From Vampirovibrionales bacterium (GTDB taxonomy: Bacteria; Cyanobacteriota; Vampirovibrionia; Vampirovibrionales; Vampirovibrionaceae): a DNA stretch of 64,000 nucleotides. Shown piece after piece: positions 9,905-18,770 of the stretch. The notes beneath the pieces are model-generated. The model had not been told where the DNA came from. It made no database searches and was given only the letters and a program-made list of their open reading frames with translations. A program made the position numbers and the translations under genes. The stretch is from the NCBI GenBank assembly GCA_035285165.1, contig JAYKHP010000023.1:20152-84151 (forward strand). The letters run 5' to 3'. How positions within the stretch are numbered: position 1 is the first letter of the stretch; the number at the start of each line of letters is the position of its first letter.

Positions 9905-11665
9905 ATGACCAATTCTATCAAAGCAGCCTTAACTCTTGAGACGTTAAGCGGGCAGCTATCGCCCCAGTCTTATAAAGGACTTTTTGGCGCCCTGGGAGAT
10001 GCCCCGGTTTTAAGCTTTTATTTGCCAGAGCCCGGCCAGATGGCAAGCCTGGTTCTCTCGCTGCTTAAGTTCGGTTTTCCGCCGCACAAGTTACAGCAAA
10101 TGCTGGCGCGCTTTGTCACGCAACTGTTGGCCACGCCTCGCACCAGTAAGCGGCATCTGCAAAAACTGCCTTGGCCTGCCCTGGAGTGGCTTGCCCAGCA
10201 GTTATGCCTTCATGCGCTGACGCTAGACGTCACACCCCCCCTTTCATTAAGCGCGGATGACCTGACCGTTCAGCTTTGGCTTTTGTTTGAGGAGCTTAGC
10301 GAGTTTGATGCCAATGCCCTGGTGAAAGGGGACATTCAGGCTTTGGGGCAAGGGGAATTCTCAAGGCTGCATAGTTACTATTACCAAAACGCCCCGGATT
10401 TTGACATCCTGCTTCAAATTCTAAAAACGCATGGTTTTGAAAAAACGAACACGGGAGCGGGGGGTAATTGGCTTGAAACGTTTGCCCTAAAGCCATACAC
10501 ACAAGCCGAGCTGATGCGGGCGTATTGGTGTACCCGGCGACTGGCCTATCCTTTACCATGGGCATCGATATTTTCTTTTTTAAAAACCGATGATCTCCTC
10601 TGGCGAAGGCTTTGCGAGGGAAACCCGTTCATTCTTCATCTGGTGAGACGCTTGGCGCTTTCCTCTGCGAACAAGCTTGCTTGCAGTCGCTTTGAAAAGC
10701 CCGCCCTTGATTTTGAACAGGGTCTGAATGAAGTATTACAGCATTTAACCCATCTGCAGAATCAGTGGTATCAGCCTCTGCAAGATTCGCGAGCAGCTCA
10801 AGTGACGACTGCCCAGATTAAAAAGTCGCGTGAGACGCTCTGGGGCAAACGCCCATACCAGCGAATTATTCTGGTTGAAGGAAATACGGAAGCCATCCTT
10901 CTTCCGCTTATGGCAAGGCTTTGCCATTTAAAACGTTTTCAGGATAGCCCGGACGCCATATCATGGCAGGTGCTTCAGAAAATCCGCCATACGCTGGTGA
11001 TGCCGGTTGGCGGAAAAAACCAAATGGCCTCGCTGTATAAATCGCTGTCCGAAGAGCTTCGTATACCCATTGCGGTGTTGCTTGACGCCGACGCCAGGCT
11101 TGCCAGCGATCAGGTTCTGGCCATTCTCAGGCAAACCCCTGCAGATGTGGTGCTGATGATCGATCCTGCCGCTGCCTCAAAAGCAAATAAGGCTCAGGGG
11201 AGCAACGGGTCTGAAATCGAAAACCTGATTGAGCCTGTAAAACAAGGGGAGATTGAAGACCTTTATCCCATCGAACTTTTAATTGCCATTATCAACGAAC
11301 GCTATAATCCTTACCCTGCCCTGGATGCGACGCGTTACGCCGAAATTATTCGTCTGGAGGATGCTGGGCTTTCCAATCGCGCAGGCATTCAGCCTCCTGT
11401 TGGACGTGTGGCCGAGTTGAAGCTGCTTTGGCAGGTGTTGGGACTAGGACGCTTTGATAAAGTTACCTTGGCGCAGGAAGTCGCCAGCCATCTTGCCAAA
11501 TCACTCGTTTTACCAGCCGACAGCCAGAGGGATTGGGAAAGCCTTTTGCCCGGCGCTCTGGAATCCTTGATGAATCGCTTATACGGTTTGAGCGAGGAAG
11601 CGATTGAAACAGAAGCCAGCTCCTCGACGGCCAAAGCAAGGACATTTCTTGATGAGCGAGGCTGA
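9905..11665 (+). CDS. OLD-family-type Toprim domain protein lacking an ATPase domain; N-terminal ~320 aa unknown
   Basis: 586 aa. RIILVEGNTE (10862-10891) resembles the OLD/DUF4435 Toprim glutamate motif. It is followed by VMPVGGKNQ, LLDADA (D-x-D, 11078-11095) and GEIEDLYPIELL. No Walker A (GxxxxGK[ST]) anywhere in the protein. Confidence 0.6.
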   Translation: MTNSIKAALTLETLSGQLSPQSYKGLFGALGDAPVLSFYLPEPGQMASLVLSLLKFGFPPHKLQQMLARFVTQLLATPRTSKRHLQKLPWPALEWLAQQLCLHALTLDVTPPLSLSADDLTVQLWLLFEELSEFDANALVKGDIQALGQGEFSRLHSYYYQNAPDFDILLQILKTHGFEKTNTGAGGNWLETFALKPYTQAELMRAYWCTRRLAYPLPWASIFSFLKTDDLLWRRLCEGNPFILHLVRRLALSSANKLACSRFEKPALDFEQGLNEVLQHLTHLQNQWYQPLQDSRAAQVTTAQIKKSRETLWGKRPYQRIILVEGNTEAILLPLMARLCHLKRFQDSPDAISWQVLQKIRHTLVMPVGGKNQMASLYKSLSEELRIPIAVLLDADARLASDQVLAILRQTPADVVLMIDPAAASKANKAQGSNGSEIENLIEPVKQGEIEDLYPIELLIAIINERYNPYPALDATRYAEIIRLEDAGLSNRAGIQPPVGRVAELKLLWQVLGLGRFDKVTLAQEVASHLAKSLVLPADSQRDWESLLPGALESLMNRLYGLSEEAIETEASSSTAKARTFLDERG

Positions 11666-12653
11666 ACAGAAATTTTTTTGGGTGCCTGAAGCGGAAAATT
11701 GGCAAGGGTTTCAGGCGTGTGACACCAAAACAGGCGCTAACGATCTTTTTTACGGGCTGATGTATGGCTATGGCTGTTACACCTCGTTTCGTTATCCCTT
11801 ATCCCGCACCCTGTGGCAGGCACATTGGCGGCGTTTGCAAGCTGACGCCAACATCCTCGGCCTTTCGCTTGATGGTAGTTTCCGTGAAGCAACCGCCTTT
11901 GATGCTTTGAAAGAAGCGTTAGAAATCTTTTTGAAAACAAGTGTTGCGCGCGTTCGTATTTCAATAGTGCCAAGGATATCCAGTCTTTTGGATGTGACAG
12001 GTTCAACATCGCTTTCAAGCGCTATAATCATGACGGTTTCACCGCTTGCAAAGTTCAATATGCAAGCGCCAGAAATTGTTAAACCCGGAATTTTAAAACC
12101 AGCTATTCTGAAAGTAGTCGATACAACCCGTCCGATGGCCAGCGTAAAACATGCGCAGATTGCCCAAACCCTCTATGAAAGACGTCTGGCAAAATCGCTG
12201 GACGCGGATGAGATTTGTTTTAGCCAGACGGTTGCCGATAAGGTTTATCTGAGCGAGGCAGGTTTTGCCAACATCATCGCTGTTAATCGTCCGCAAAAAA
12301 AACTACTCAGCCCCGATCCCAAATGCTGGCCATGTCTCTTGGGCACCACCGTTTCCGCCTTGTTTTCTTTTCTTGAAAGTTCCGAGGCTAGAGAATTAGG
12401 CTGGCAAGGTGCTTGGGGGGATTTAAGCCTGGACTCCCTCAACGCTTATGATGCCATACTGCTTTCAAACGCCGTCACTGGTTTACGGCCGGTTGCAAAA
12501 ATCATGAACAGCGCTGGGCAGCTTTTATGGCAGGAAAAAGCTTATGTTGCAGAAGATCGTCAAATCCATAATCGGGATTTTTCTGAGTCGGATCTCTCTG
12601 AATTATTGGAATCATTCTGGCGGATGTTGGCTTTTGACGGCGATTGCGCATAA
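11652..12653 (+). CDS. class-IV PLP-fold protein (aminodeoxychorismate lyase / branched-chain aminotransferase-like), weak
   Basis: The ORF track gives 11604-12653. The preferred ATG at 11652 overlaps the upstream stop by 14 nt. Weak family resemblance: GLMYGYGCYTSFRY, and VYLSEAGFANIIAV....LLSPDP....LLGTTVSAL. The catalytic Lys could not be identified by eye. Confidence 0.4.
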   Translation: MSEAEQKFFWVPEAENWQGFQACDTKTGANDLFYGLMYGYGCYTSFRYPLSRTLWQAHWRRLQADANILGLSLDGSFREATAFDALKEALEIFLKTSVARVRISIVPRISSLLDVTGSTSLSSAIIMTVSPLAKFNMQAPEIVKPGILKPAILKVVDTTRPMASVKHAQIAQTLYERRLAKSLDADEICFSQTVADKVYLSEAGFANIIAVNRPQKKLLSPDPKCWPCLLGTTVSALFSFLESSEARELGWQGAWGDLSLDSLNAYDAILLSNAVTGLRPVAKIMNSAGQLLWQEKAYVAEDRQIHNRDFSESDLSELLESFWRMLAFDGDCA

Positions 12654-12684
12654 ACTTTCTTTTATTCAAACGTAATTTTTTAAT

Positions 12685-14058
12685 GTGTTTAAGCAGGATT
12701 TTTCAGTGCCCACTTTTTCTTCACCGTTTGCAGAAAATAATCTCAAGCCGACCGCCTACCAGGGTGCTATCTTGCATAGCATTGGCAAGGGGGCTGATGA
12801 CATCGCTTATTATCCCGATGGCCTGTTGCTGGTCAATGCGCGCGGTCAAATTGACGCTTGCGGCGATCGACTCCAACTTTCCCCGCAAATCGATCTTTCA
12901 GTCTATACGCTTGAAGTGCTTTCTGAAGACCAGGTGCTGATGCCGGGGATGATTGACCTGCATACGCACTTGCCGCAATATCATGTGCGCGGAAAGCAGG
13001 AGAAGGATCTTTTAAGCTGGCTGGGGCGTCATATTTTTCCTGAGGAGGCGAAATTTTCAGATCCTGCTTACGCCAAAAGCGTTAGCGATGATTTTTTCAA
13101 GGCCCTTCTGCAAAACGGCACAACGACGGCTTGCGTCTTTCTTACCAGTCATCGCGATGCCACCGATATTGCCTTTGAAAGCGCTCAGGCAATCGGTAAC
13201 CGCGTGGTAATGGGGCTTAACCTGATGGATACCCCCTCGGTCCCCGATGCCTACGTAAGTAACGCTTCAGAACTTTCCTTGCTTCGCCAAAGCCAAGAGC
13301 TGCTTTTGGACACCGAGGCGTTGTGCCGGAAATGGCATGGACGGCAGGACGGCCGGCTGCGCTATGCCTGGATGCCCCGCTTCGCTTTGAGCTGCACTGA
13401 AACGCTATTGTCCGCAACGGGTGATTTGCGCGCAAAATACCCCGATGTCTATTTCCACACTCACCTGAGTGAGCAGCCGGGAGAAGTTGAAGCGGTGCTG
13501 AGGCGTTTTCCATGGGCAAGTGATTATACCGAGGTGTATGACAAGTTCGACCTTCTGGGATCGCACAGTATTTTGGCCCATGGGGTGCATTTGTCGGATA
13601 GCGAGCTTGAATTGCTAAAAAAGACGCAATCCGGCCTGGCCCATTGTCCGGGCTCTAACTTTTTCCTTAAGAGCGGTCGTTTCCCTCTGGCACGGGTAAT
13701 GGAAAAAAATCTGCGCTTTGGACTGGGTTCCGATGTGGGCGCCGGGCCTGAACTGTCGATTTTCAAAGCGATGCGAGACGCCCAGTATCGGCAAGACGGC
13801 GGCTCTTGTCCGCTTCCACTCAACAGCTTGTTTTACGCCGCCACCTTGGGCGCTGCCCGTGTGCTGCACCTGGAGGCGACGCTCGGTAATTTTCTGCCCG
13901 GCAAATGGGCGGATTTTATCGTTTTGCATGTTCCCCTGGCTGTATCAGGCCCTATAGTTTCGTCCAATGATATTCTTTCTGCGGCAGTTTACCTTTTGGA
14001 TGAGCGCCATATCATTAAAAGCGCAGTTTCCGGAAAGGTACTGTATCAAAGGGGTTAA
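12685..14058 (+). CDS. guaD: guanine deaminase-type amidohydrolase
   Basis: GMIDLHTHLPQY (HxH), FHTHLSEQPGE, ILAHGVHL, LAHCPGSNFFLKSGRFPL, and GLGSDVGAG match the guanine deaminase pattern. Confidence 0.8.
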   Translation: MFKQDFSVPTFSSPFAENNLKPTAYQGAILHSIGKGADDIAYYPDGLLLVNARGQIDACGDRLQLSPQIDLSVYTLEVLSEDQVLMPGMIDLHTHLPQYHVRGKQEKDLLSWLGRHIFPEEAKFSDPAYAKSVSDDFFKALLQNGTTTACVFLTSHRDATDIAFESAQAIGNRVVMGLNLMDTPSVPDAYVSNASELSLLRQSQELLLDTEALCRKWHGRQDGRLRYAWMPRFALSCTETLLSATGDLRAKYPDVYFHTHLSEQPGEVEAVLRRFPWASDYTEVYDKFDLLGSHSILAHGVHLSDSELELLKKTQSGLAHCPGSNFFLKSGRFPLARVMEKNLRFGLGSDVGAGPELSIFKAMRDAQYRQDGGSCPLPLNSLFYAATLGAARVLHLEATLGNFLPGKWADFIVLHVPLAVSGPIVSSNDILSAAVYLLDERHIIKSAVSGKVLYQRG

Positions 14059-14355
14059 TGGGTCTTTTGACTCATTTTTTCTCATTTCCCTCCATTTCTT
14101 TGGAGGTTTTCCTGTCCTTGTGAGTCAATCGTTTGCACGAGAGGCCAGGGGCAGAATCCTGTTAACAGGGGATGCTTGCCTGCTAGGCACTCCAATAGAA
14201 TAAAAAAGAGTGTGAGAGCCCTCACCTTGTCGATGCAATATCAGGATTGAAATTTGTGGGTAATGAGGTTGTAAGTTCTGGGATTTATCCCCAAGAGTGA
14301 ACGTCATCTTAGCGTCCTTATCGACAAGAGTTGCAGCAATGCCAGAATAGAGAGT

Positions 14356-16851
14356 GTGTGTTCCGTGGAGAAAACCTCCCACGTTTCTCATAAAACGTCA
14401 GTTGACTCCCAGACAAATTCTGGAAGTCCGCAAAATCCGGCTGGCATTTCTGAGACTATGAACTCAAAAATCCTGCGGGAGCAATCGCGCGCGCATCTGC
14501 GCGGCAAATCTTACGCTGCCTCGTCTTTTCAGTTTCAGCAGCAACATCATGTTCATCAACATCCTGGCATGCCGCCCTACGCTTATACATACCCCCAAGC
14601 AGCCCCCATGCCTTACGCTGCCTCGCCAGGTGGCGCCTATATCGGCTCCTACCAGCAGGCGCCGTCCTATGTGGGCGCCTCACAGCCATTTACAGGCCCC
14701 ATGCATCACCAGGCTCAATACAGCTATCAAAACGCCTTGTCTTATCAAACGTTTCCCCAGCCGTCTTATACTGGGCAGCCTTATGCCGCTTACCCCGGTT
14801 TTTACGGCCCCCATCCGATGGTGGTTCCGGCGGTTTACTACGCAAGACCCGGCAGTGTATTCCAGACGAACAGTCCGCTTCAGGATCTGGCCAAGGTCAT
14901 TAAGCGTAAACTCTTTGGCGATAATGTTCCTTCTACCAGAAGTGGCCTGAATGCCAATACATTGAGCGCTAAAACCTGGCTGAACGTGCGAAAAGCCCAG
15001 AAAACCCTGCAGCAGAATTGGCAACAGGAAAAAAACCTGAACACCAAGGCGTCTCAACAAGAGCGCGAAAAACTTCAGCAGCAGACCGAGGCGGATGGCA
15101 TTGACGCCCTGTTTCCGGCAAACGCCGAAGCGTTTAATTTCGAGTCGCTTCTGCCCGCTTCAAAAATAACACCCTCCAAAGCATCGCAAAGCTATAAAGC
15201 CGATGAGCAATCCTCGCTATCTTATCAGGCCGACAGCCAGTTGTCGGGTGCGGATCAAAACATTCGCGCCGCCTTTGATCTTTATGCTGCCGAAGGCATT
15301 GCGATCAACGCCCAGCCTTCTGAAGGTTCTAACCGACTAGTGGCTGACTTTGTTTACGATTATGCCCACCTTCCCGTTCCCGTTGTTTTCCAGCACATTG
15401 CAAGCCAGCCGGTTTCTGTCAATGGCGCTGATAATGAGCCTGTAACGACGGATAATAAACCCCAGAGTCTCGAATCGGCCGTGACAGAATTGTCTTCAGA
15501 AAACCGTTCTGAACAGATTCATGAGAAGACGTTGCAGAGCGCCTCGGATACAGACAGGGCCAGCGAGTTCACGCTCTCTGAAAACCAGGATGCAATTCCC
15601 CTTGAAAAAAGCGCTTACTTTGACAAGCGTTCTTACGGTAAGCCATCATTTGAGAACCATGCTCTTGAGAACTTGGTTCAACATGCGCCTCAGACGTTGC
15701 CGAGCGCTCAAACGCAGGCGTTAGATGCTTTGTTTGTTGAGAATCAAACCTCAATAGAAGCCTCAATCAATAAAACACCGAGCAAGAAAACACCGGCTGG
15801 CCATACAACCGATAATGTAAAACCTTCAACCGGCTTATTCGGGAAAATTGCAGGCATGCTTAAAACCTGCCTGATGACGCCGATTGAAGTCAATATCGAC
15901 GGAACTCCAATTTCCTCTAACAGCATAAAATCCAGCCAGGATATTCTCTCGCTGGGCACCCTGCGTGAACAGGCCAAGGTTGTCCTTAAGGATGCCCTGC
16001 AAAACGCGACGCTCAGCAACGAGGCGATGGATAAGATTGATACCGATGAATTGTGGCAGCAGTATGAGCGGATGGAAAACCGCGCCAGGGCTCAAAAGCA
16101 AATGGTGAACGGTCTGCTTGATGTTAATCGCGCCTTCGATCAAGAGAAGCTGGCCTATGCTTTTTTATCGGAACTTCCCGAATACGACGCGAAAACCGGT
16201 ACGAAAATTTCGGGCGATATGGATGTGAACGTTTCGCTTGAACGCGACACTTCATGCTCACATGCCCAGATGGCAACCCTCATTGCCGATAAGCCGGATC
16301 AAGAAAGGCGAGTCATTCCCCTTACCGCTCTAAGTCTGGTGACCTCTGACGCAGTTGAATTGTCCGCGCCGATGCAGGACAGCCAGGGCGATTATATTTT
16401 TGAACTTCCATCGCGAAGTGTTATTGCCTCAGAGCCAATCAATAGTCAAGGCATGCTCATCACGCCGGCCGTTGAGAACGCGGATGAAATTTCCGAAATT
16501 GAAATACCAGAAGATGAAGCGGTTGAGATTTTCGAGGAAATCGAGCTGGTGGATACGGCCTCGCTGTTGATACCAGAAGCTGCGCTCACCCTAGAAACCC
16601 CTTCTATGGTGGAAACCAATCCTACGGAAGATGTTACTGAAACAATGCCTGTTACGGGTATTCAAGCCGTCAGCGCAATGGTATCCTCCGAATCGACATC
16701 TGCAATGAGCGAAGAACAAAAGCCCGAAGAGTTTACTTTTCAGTCCATGTTGCGCAACAACCATATCCTTTCGCGCAGCATCAGCACATTGGCTTCGCGT
16801 TATTTTGAAAGCGCCGAGCATGAAACGCTGTTACACGAGCTTTTGGAATAA
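14356..16851 (+). CDS. large low-complexity protein with Q/Y/P-rich N-terminal region, function unknown
   Basis: 831-aa ORF (GTG 14356; first ATG at 14458). Residues ~60-170 are Q/Y/P/A-rich (QQQHHVHQHPGMPPYAYTYPQAAPMPYAASPGGAYIGSYQQAPSYVG...). The rest is S/T/E/Q/A-rich and acidic, with no recognised domain. Confidence 0.6.
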   Translation: MCSVEKTSHVSHKTSVDSQTNSGSPQNPAGISETMNSKILREQSRAHLRGKSYAASSFQFQQQHHVHQHPGMPPYAYTYPQAAPMPYAASPGGAYIGSYQQAPSYVGASQPFTGPMHHQAQYSYQNALSYQTFPQPSYTGQPYAAYPGFYGPHPMVVPAVYYARPGSVFQTNSPLQDLAKVIKRKLFGDNVPSTRSGLNANTLSAKTWLNVRKAQKTLQQNWQQEKNLNTKASQQEREKLQQQTEADGIDALFPANAEAFNFESLLPASKITPSKASQSYKADEQSSLSYQADSQLSGADQNIRAAFDLYAAEGIAINAQPSEGSNRLVADFVYDYAHLPVPVVFQHIASQPVSVNGADNEPVTTDNKPQSLESAVTELSSENRSEQIHEKTLQSASDTDRASEFTLSENQDAIPLEKSAYFDKRSYGKPSFENHALENLVQHAPQTLPSAQTQALDALFVENQTSIEASINKTPSKKTPAGHTTDNVKPSTGLFGKIAGMLKTCLMTPIEVNIDGTPISSNSIKSSQDILSLGTLREQAKVVLKDALQNATLSNEAMDKIDTDELWQQYERMENRARAQKQMVNGLLDVNRAFDQEKLAYAFLSELPEYDAKTGTKISGDMDVNVSLERDTSCSHAQMATLIADKPDQERRVIPLTALSLVTSDAVELSAPMQDSQGDYIFELPSRSVIASEPINSQGMLITPAVENADEISEIEIPEDEAVEIFEEIELVDTASLLIPEAALTLETPSMVETNPTEDVTETMPVTGIQAVSAMVSSESTSAMSEEQKPEEFTFQSMLRNNHILSRSISTLASRYFESAEHETLLHELLE

Positions 16852-16962
16852 GGCAGTCAAGCATGCTTATTCAGCACAGCCTCAAGCGATACTTCGGCTG
16901 CCGTACAAGTTATTCCTGCAAGCGCTGCTGAGAGTCAATTCGTTATAGAATGGAAACAGCGT

Positions 16963-17013
16963 GAATTCTTCTTTGAGAATTCATCGATTACGAATTCATT
17001 TTTACGAATTCAT
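16963..17013. repeat. four direct GAATTC(T/A)T repeats at 14-15 bp spacing upstream of mgtC (possible regulator-binding array)
   Basis: GAATTCTT at 16963-16970 and GAATTCAT at 16977-16984, 16992-16999 and 17006-17013. The last two sit within an exact TTACGAATTCAT repeat. The array lies 52-102 bp upstream of the mgtC ATG. Confidence 0.8.
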
Positions 17014-17064
17014 CCCTCGCCACGTTAGCATCGGGTTTATGACTGACCGAGTTCACGATAGTTT

Positions 17065-17799
17065 ATGGAACTGATTTTAAACGAAGCGATTCTCCGGCTC
17101 GTGTTGGCGGCTGTTCTGGCCTCCGTTATCGGGCTTGAGCGCGAATTGAACCACCAGTCTGCTGGCTTGCGAACGCATATCCTGGTTTGTCTTGGGGCGA
17201 CTGTTTTTACGCTGGTTTCCCTCGGGGATATGACGCGGGGTCTTTATATTGCCTCAGGCGCGGTGAACAGCCAAGTGAATATCAACCATGACCCCGGCCG
17301 TATAGCGGCACAGGTGGTGACGGGCATCGGCTTTATCGGCGGCGGCGCCGTTCTTCGCCATGGGAATTCAATCCGGGGCATTACCACGGCGGCCAGTCTC
17401 TGGATGATTGCCAGTGTCGGCATGTTGTGCGGCGTCGGACAGTATTACCTGGCTGGAATTTCCACGTTTATCGCTTTTATGGTCTTGTTTACCATCGGTT
17501 CTCTGGAGCGCAACTTCCTGAAAAAAGAACTTCGCAAATATACCCGGATGCGCTTGCATTTAACGGTGCGCCATGATGCCCAGCGTCACGTGCAGTTATG
17601 GATTGAGCGTAAGTTCGGCACGGATGTTTTGGAAACGAAATCCAGCCGGGATGATGAGAAACAGTCGGTGATTTTAACCTACACGGTCAATCTCAATGGC
17701 AACACGGTGGATGTCAACAAGCTTTCCCAACAACTTAACGGCCAACATGGGATGATGGGCTGCAATATTCGCGTGTATCAGGAAGAAGGCGACGATTAA
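17065..17799 (+). CDS. mgtC: MgtC/SapB family membrane protein
   Basis: VIGLERELNHQSAGLRTHILVCLGATVFTL, a multi-helix hydrophobic N-terminal half, and a soluble C-terminal domain. Confidence 0.85.
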   Translation: MELILNEAILRLVLAAVLASVIGLERELNHQSAGLRTHILVCLGATVFTLVSLGDMTRGLYIASGAVNSQVNINHDPGRIAAQVVTGIGFIGGGAVLRHGNSIRGITTAASLWMIASVGMLCGVGQYYLAGISTFIAFMVLFTIGSLERNFLKKELRKYTRMRLHLTVRHDAQRHVQLWIERKFGTDVLETKSSRDDEKQSVILTYTVNLNGNTVDVNKLSQQLNGQHGMMGCNIRVYQEEGDD

Positions 17800-17857
17800 A
17801 AAGACAGCCAGCCTTATTATTTTTAATGGGGATTTCAGGCTGACTGTCTTTTTTTAT
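17799..17857. terminator. hairpin between convergent mgtC and small secreted-protein gene (bidirectional terminator candidate)
   Basis: AAGACAGCCAGCC (17801-17813) pairs with GGCTGACTGTCTT (17838-17850, one mismatch). The stem is flanked by an A-run and a T-run. The loop is long (24 nt). Confidence 0.45.
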
Positions 17858-17870
17858 TGAACGCTTATTA

Positions 17871-18164
17871 TTACCACCAGCCTCTGCGGCCTCTGTCGCG
17901 ATCCCAGTCGCGATCATGTCGGTCAAAGCGATCCCGATCCCACCAGGAGATGCGTCTTTGGTTATTCCAGTTGCGGGCCTGAGGGGGACGTTTTTTCCAT
18001 TGCTGGCGATTGTTCTGCCAGCCACGCCACTTTTTTTGCTGGCCCCAGTTTTTATGGCGATCCCAACCACGGTCGTCGCGATCATGTGCCTGTGCCGAAC
18101 CGATGAATGCGCCAACACTGATAATCGCAGCCAGCGCAACAAGGCTGATTTTTTTCAGTTTCAT
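17871..18164 (-). CDS. small secreted R/D/W/Q-rich protein
   Basis: 97 aa. Signal peptide MKLKKISLVALAAIISVGAFIGSAQA, then HDRDDRGWDRHKNWGQQKKWRGWQNNRQQWKK...WWDRDRFDRHDRDWDRDRGRRGWW. Confidence 0.6.
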   Translation of the reverse strand: MKLKKISLVALAAIISVGAFIGSAQAHDRDDRGWDRHKNWGQQKKWRGWQNNRQQWKKRPPQARNWNNQRRISWWDRDRFDRHDRDWDRDRGRRGWW

Positions 18165-18233
18165 CAGATATCTCCTCTTTTTTCCGATACGCTTCAGGTT
18201 TCCAATACGCTTAGGCGAGATACGGGCAGCGGC

Positions 18234-18557
18234 TTACCAGTTGCCGATGCCTGAAATATATCCTTTTTGTTTGAGGTATTCATAGCCAAGGCCGACACCG
18301 GCGCCTAGCAGAGCGCCCTTGACAGCGCCATTTCCACGCGAGCCGTCATTGGCCAGCACCCCGCCAAGCACCGCGCCACCCAAACCTCCGATGGCGGCTT
18401 TTTTCAGGTAAGGGTGCTGTTCGTAGCGGCTGTTGCCGTAATAACGGTTGTTGTTATAGTTATCATCATGCGCCTGCGCCAAAGGCATAGCCGACGTCAT
18501 CATCAGGGCTGAAGCGCTCAAGGTTAGGAGCGCCTTTTTTGCAAAAGGTGTTTTCAT
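18234..18557 (-). CDS. secreted glycine-zipper protein
   Basis: Preferred start is ATG 18557, preceded by GGGAGA. Signal peptide MKTPFAKKALLTLSASALMMTSAMPLAQA. Glycine-zipper core AAIGGLGGAVLGGVLA ... GALLGAGVGLGY. Confidence 0.7.
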   Translation of the reverse strand: MKTPFAKKALLTLSASALMMTSAMPLAQAHDDNYNNNRYYGNSRYEQHPYLKKAAIGGLGGAVLGGVLANDGSRGNGAVKGALLGAGVGLGYEYLKQKGYISGIGNW

Positions 18558-18770
18558 AGGGTCGTCTCCCAAGTTGGTGATAAGGCGAAAGAGGGATGGT
18601 GTGGGGATTGTTTTATGACAGTAAACTCCTTGGAAACACGTCTGGTGTGTATCAAAGAAAGCGTCGTTTCAATAGGCACCAAACGCGTCCATAACCCCAA
18701 TACGTTTCAAGAGAGGGAAAAGTTTCAGTTTATTGTAAAGTTTCTTAAAATACGGGTTTCAGCTCGCCCC

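Noticed and set aside
12685-14058. The idea that the amidohydrolase next to the Toprim gene is a defense-type deaminase (RADAR RdrB-like).
   Set aside because: It carries the full canonical guanine deaminase motif set and normal size. No RdrA-like ATPase is nearby. A housekeeping purine-salvage role is the simpler reading.
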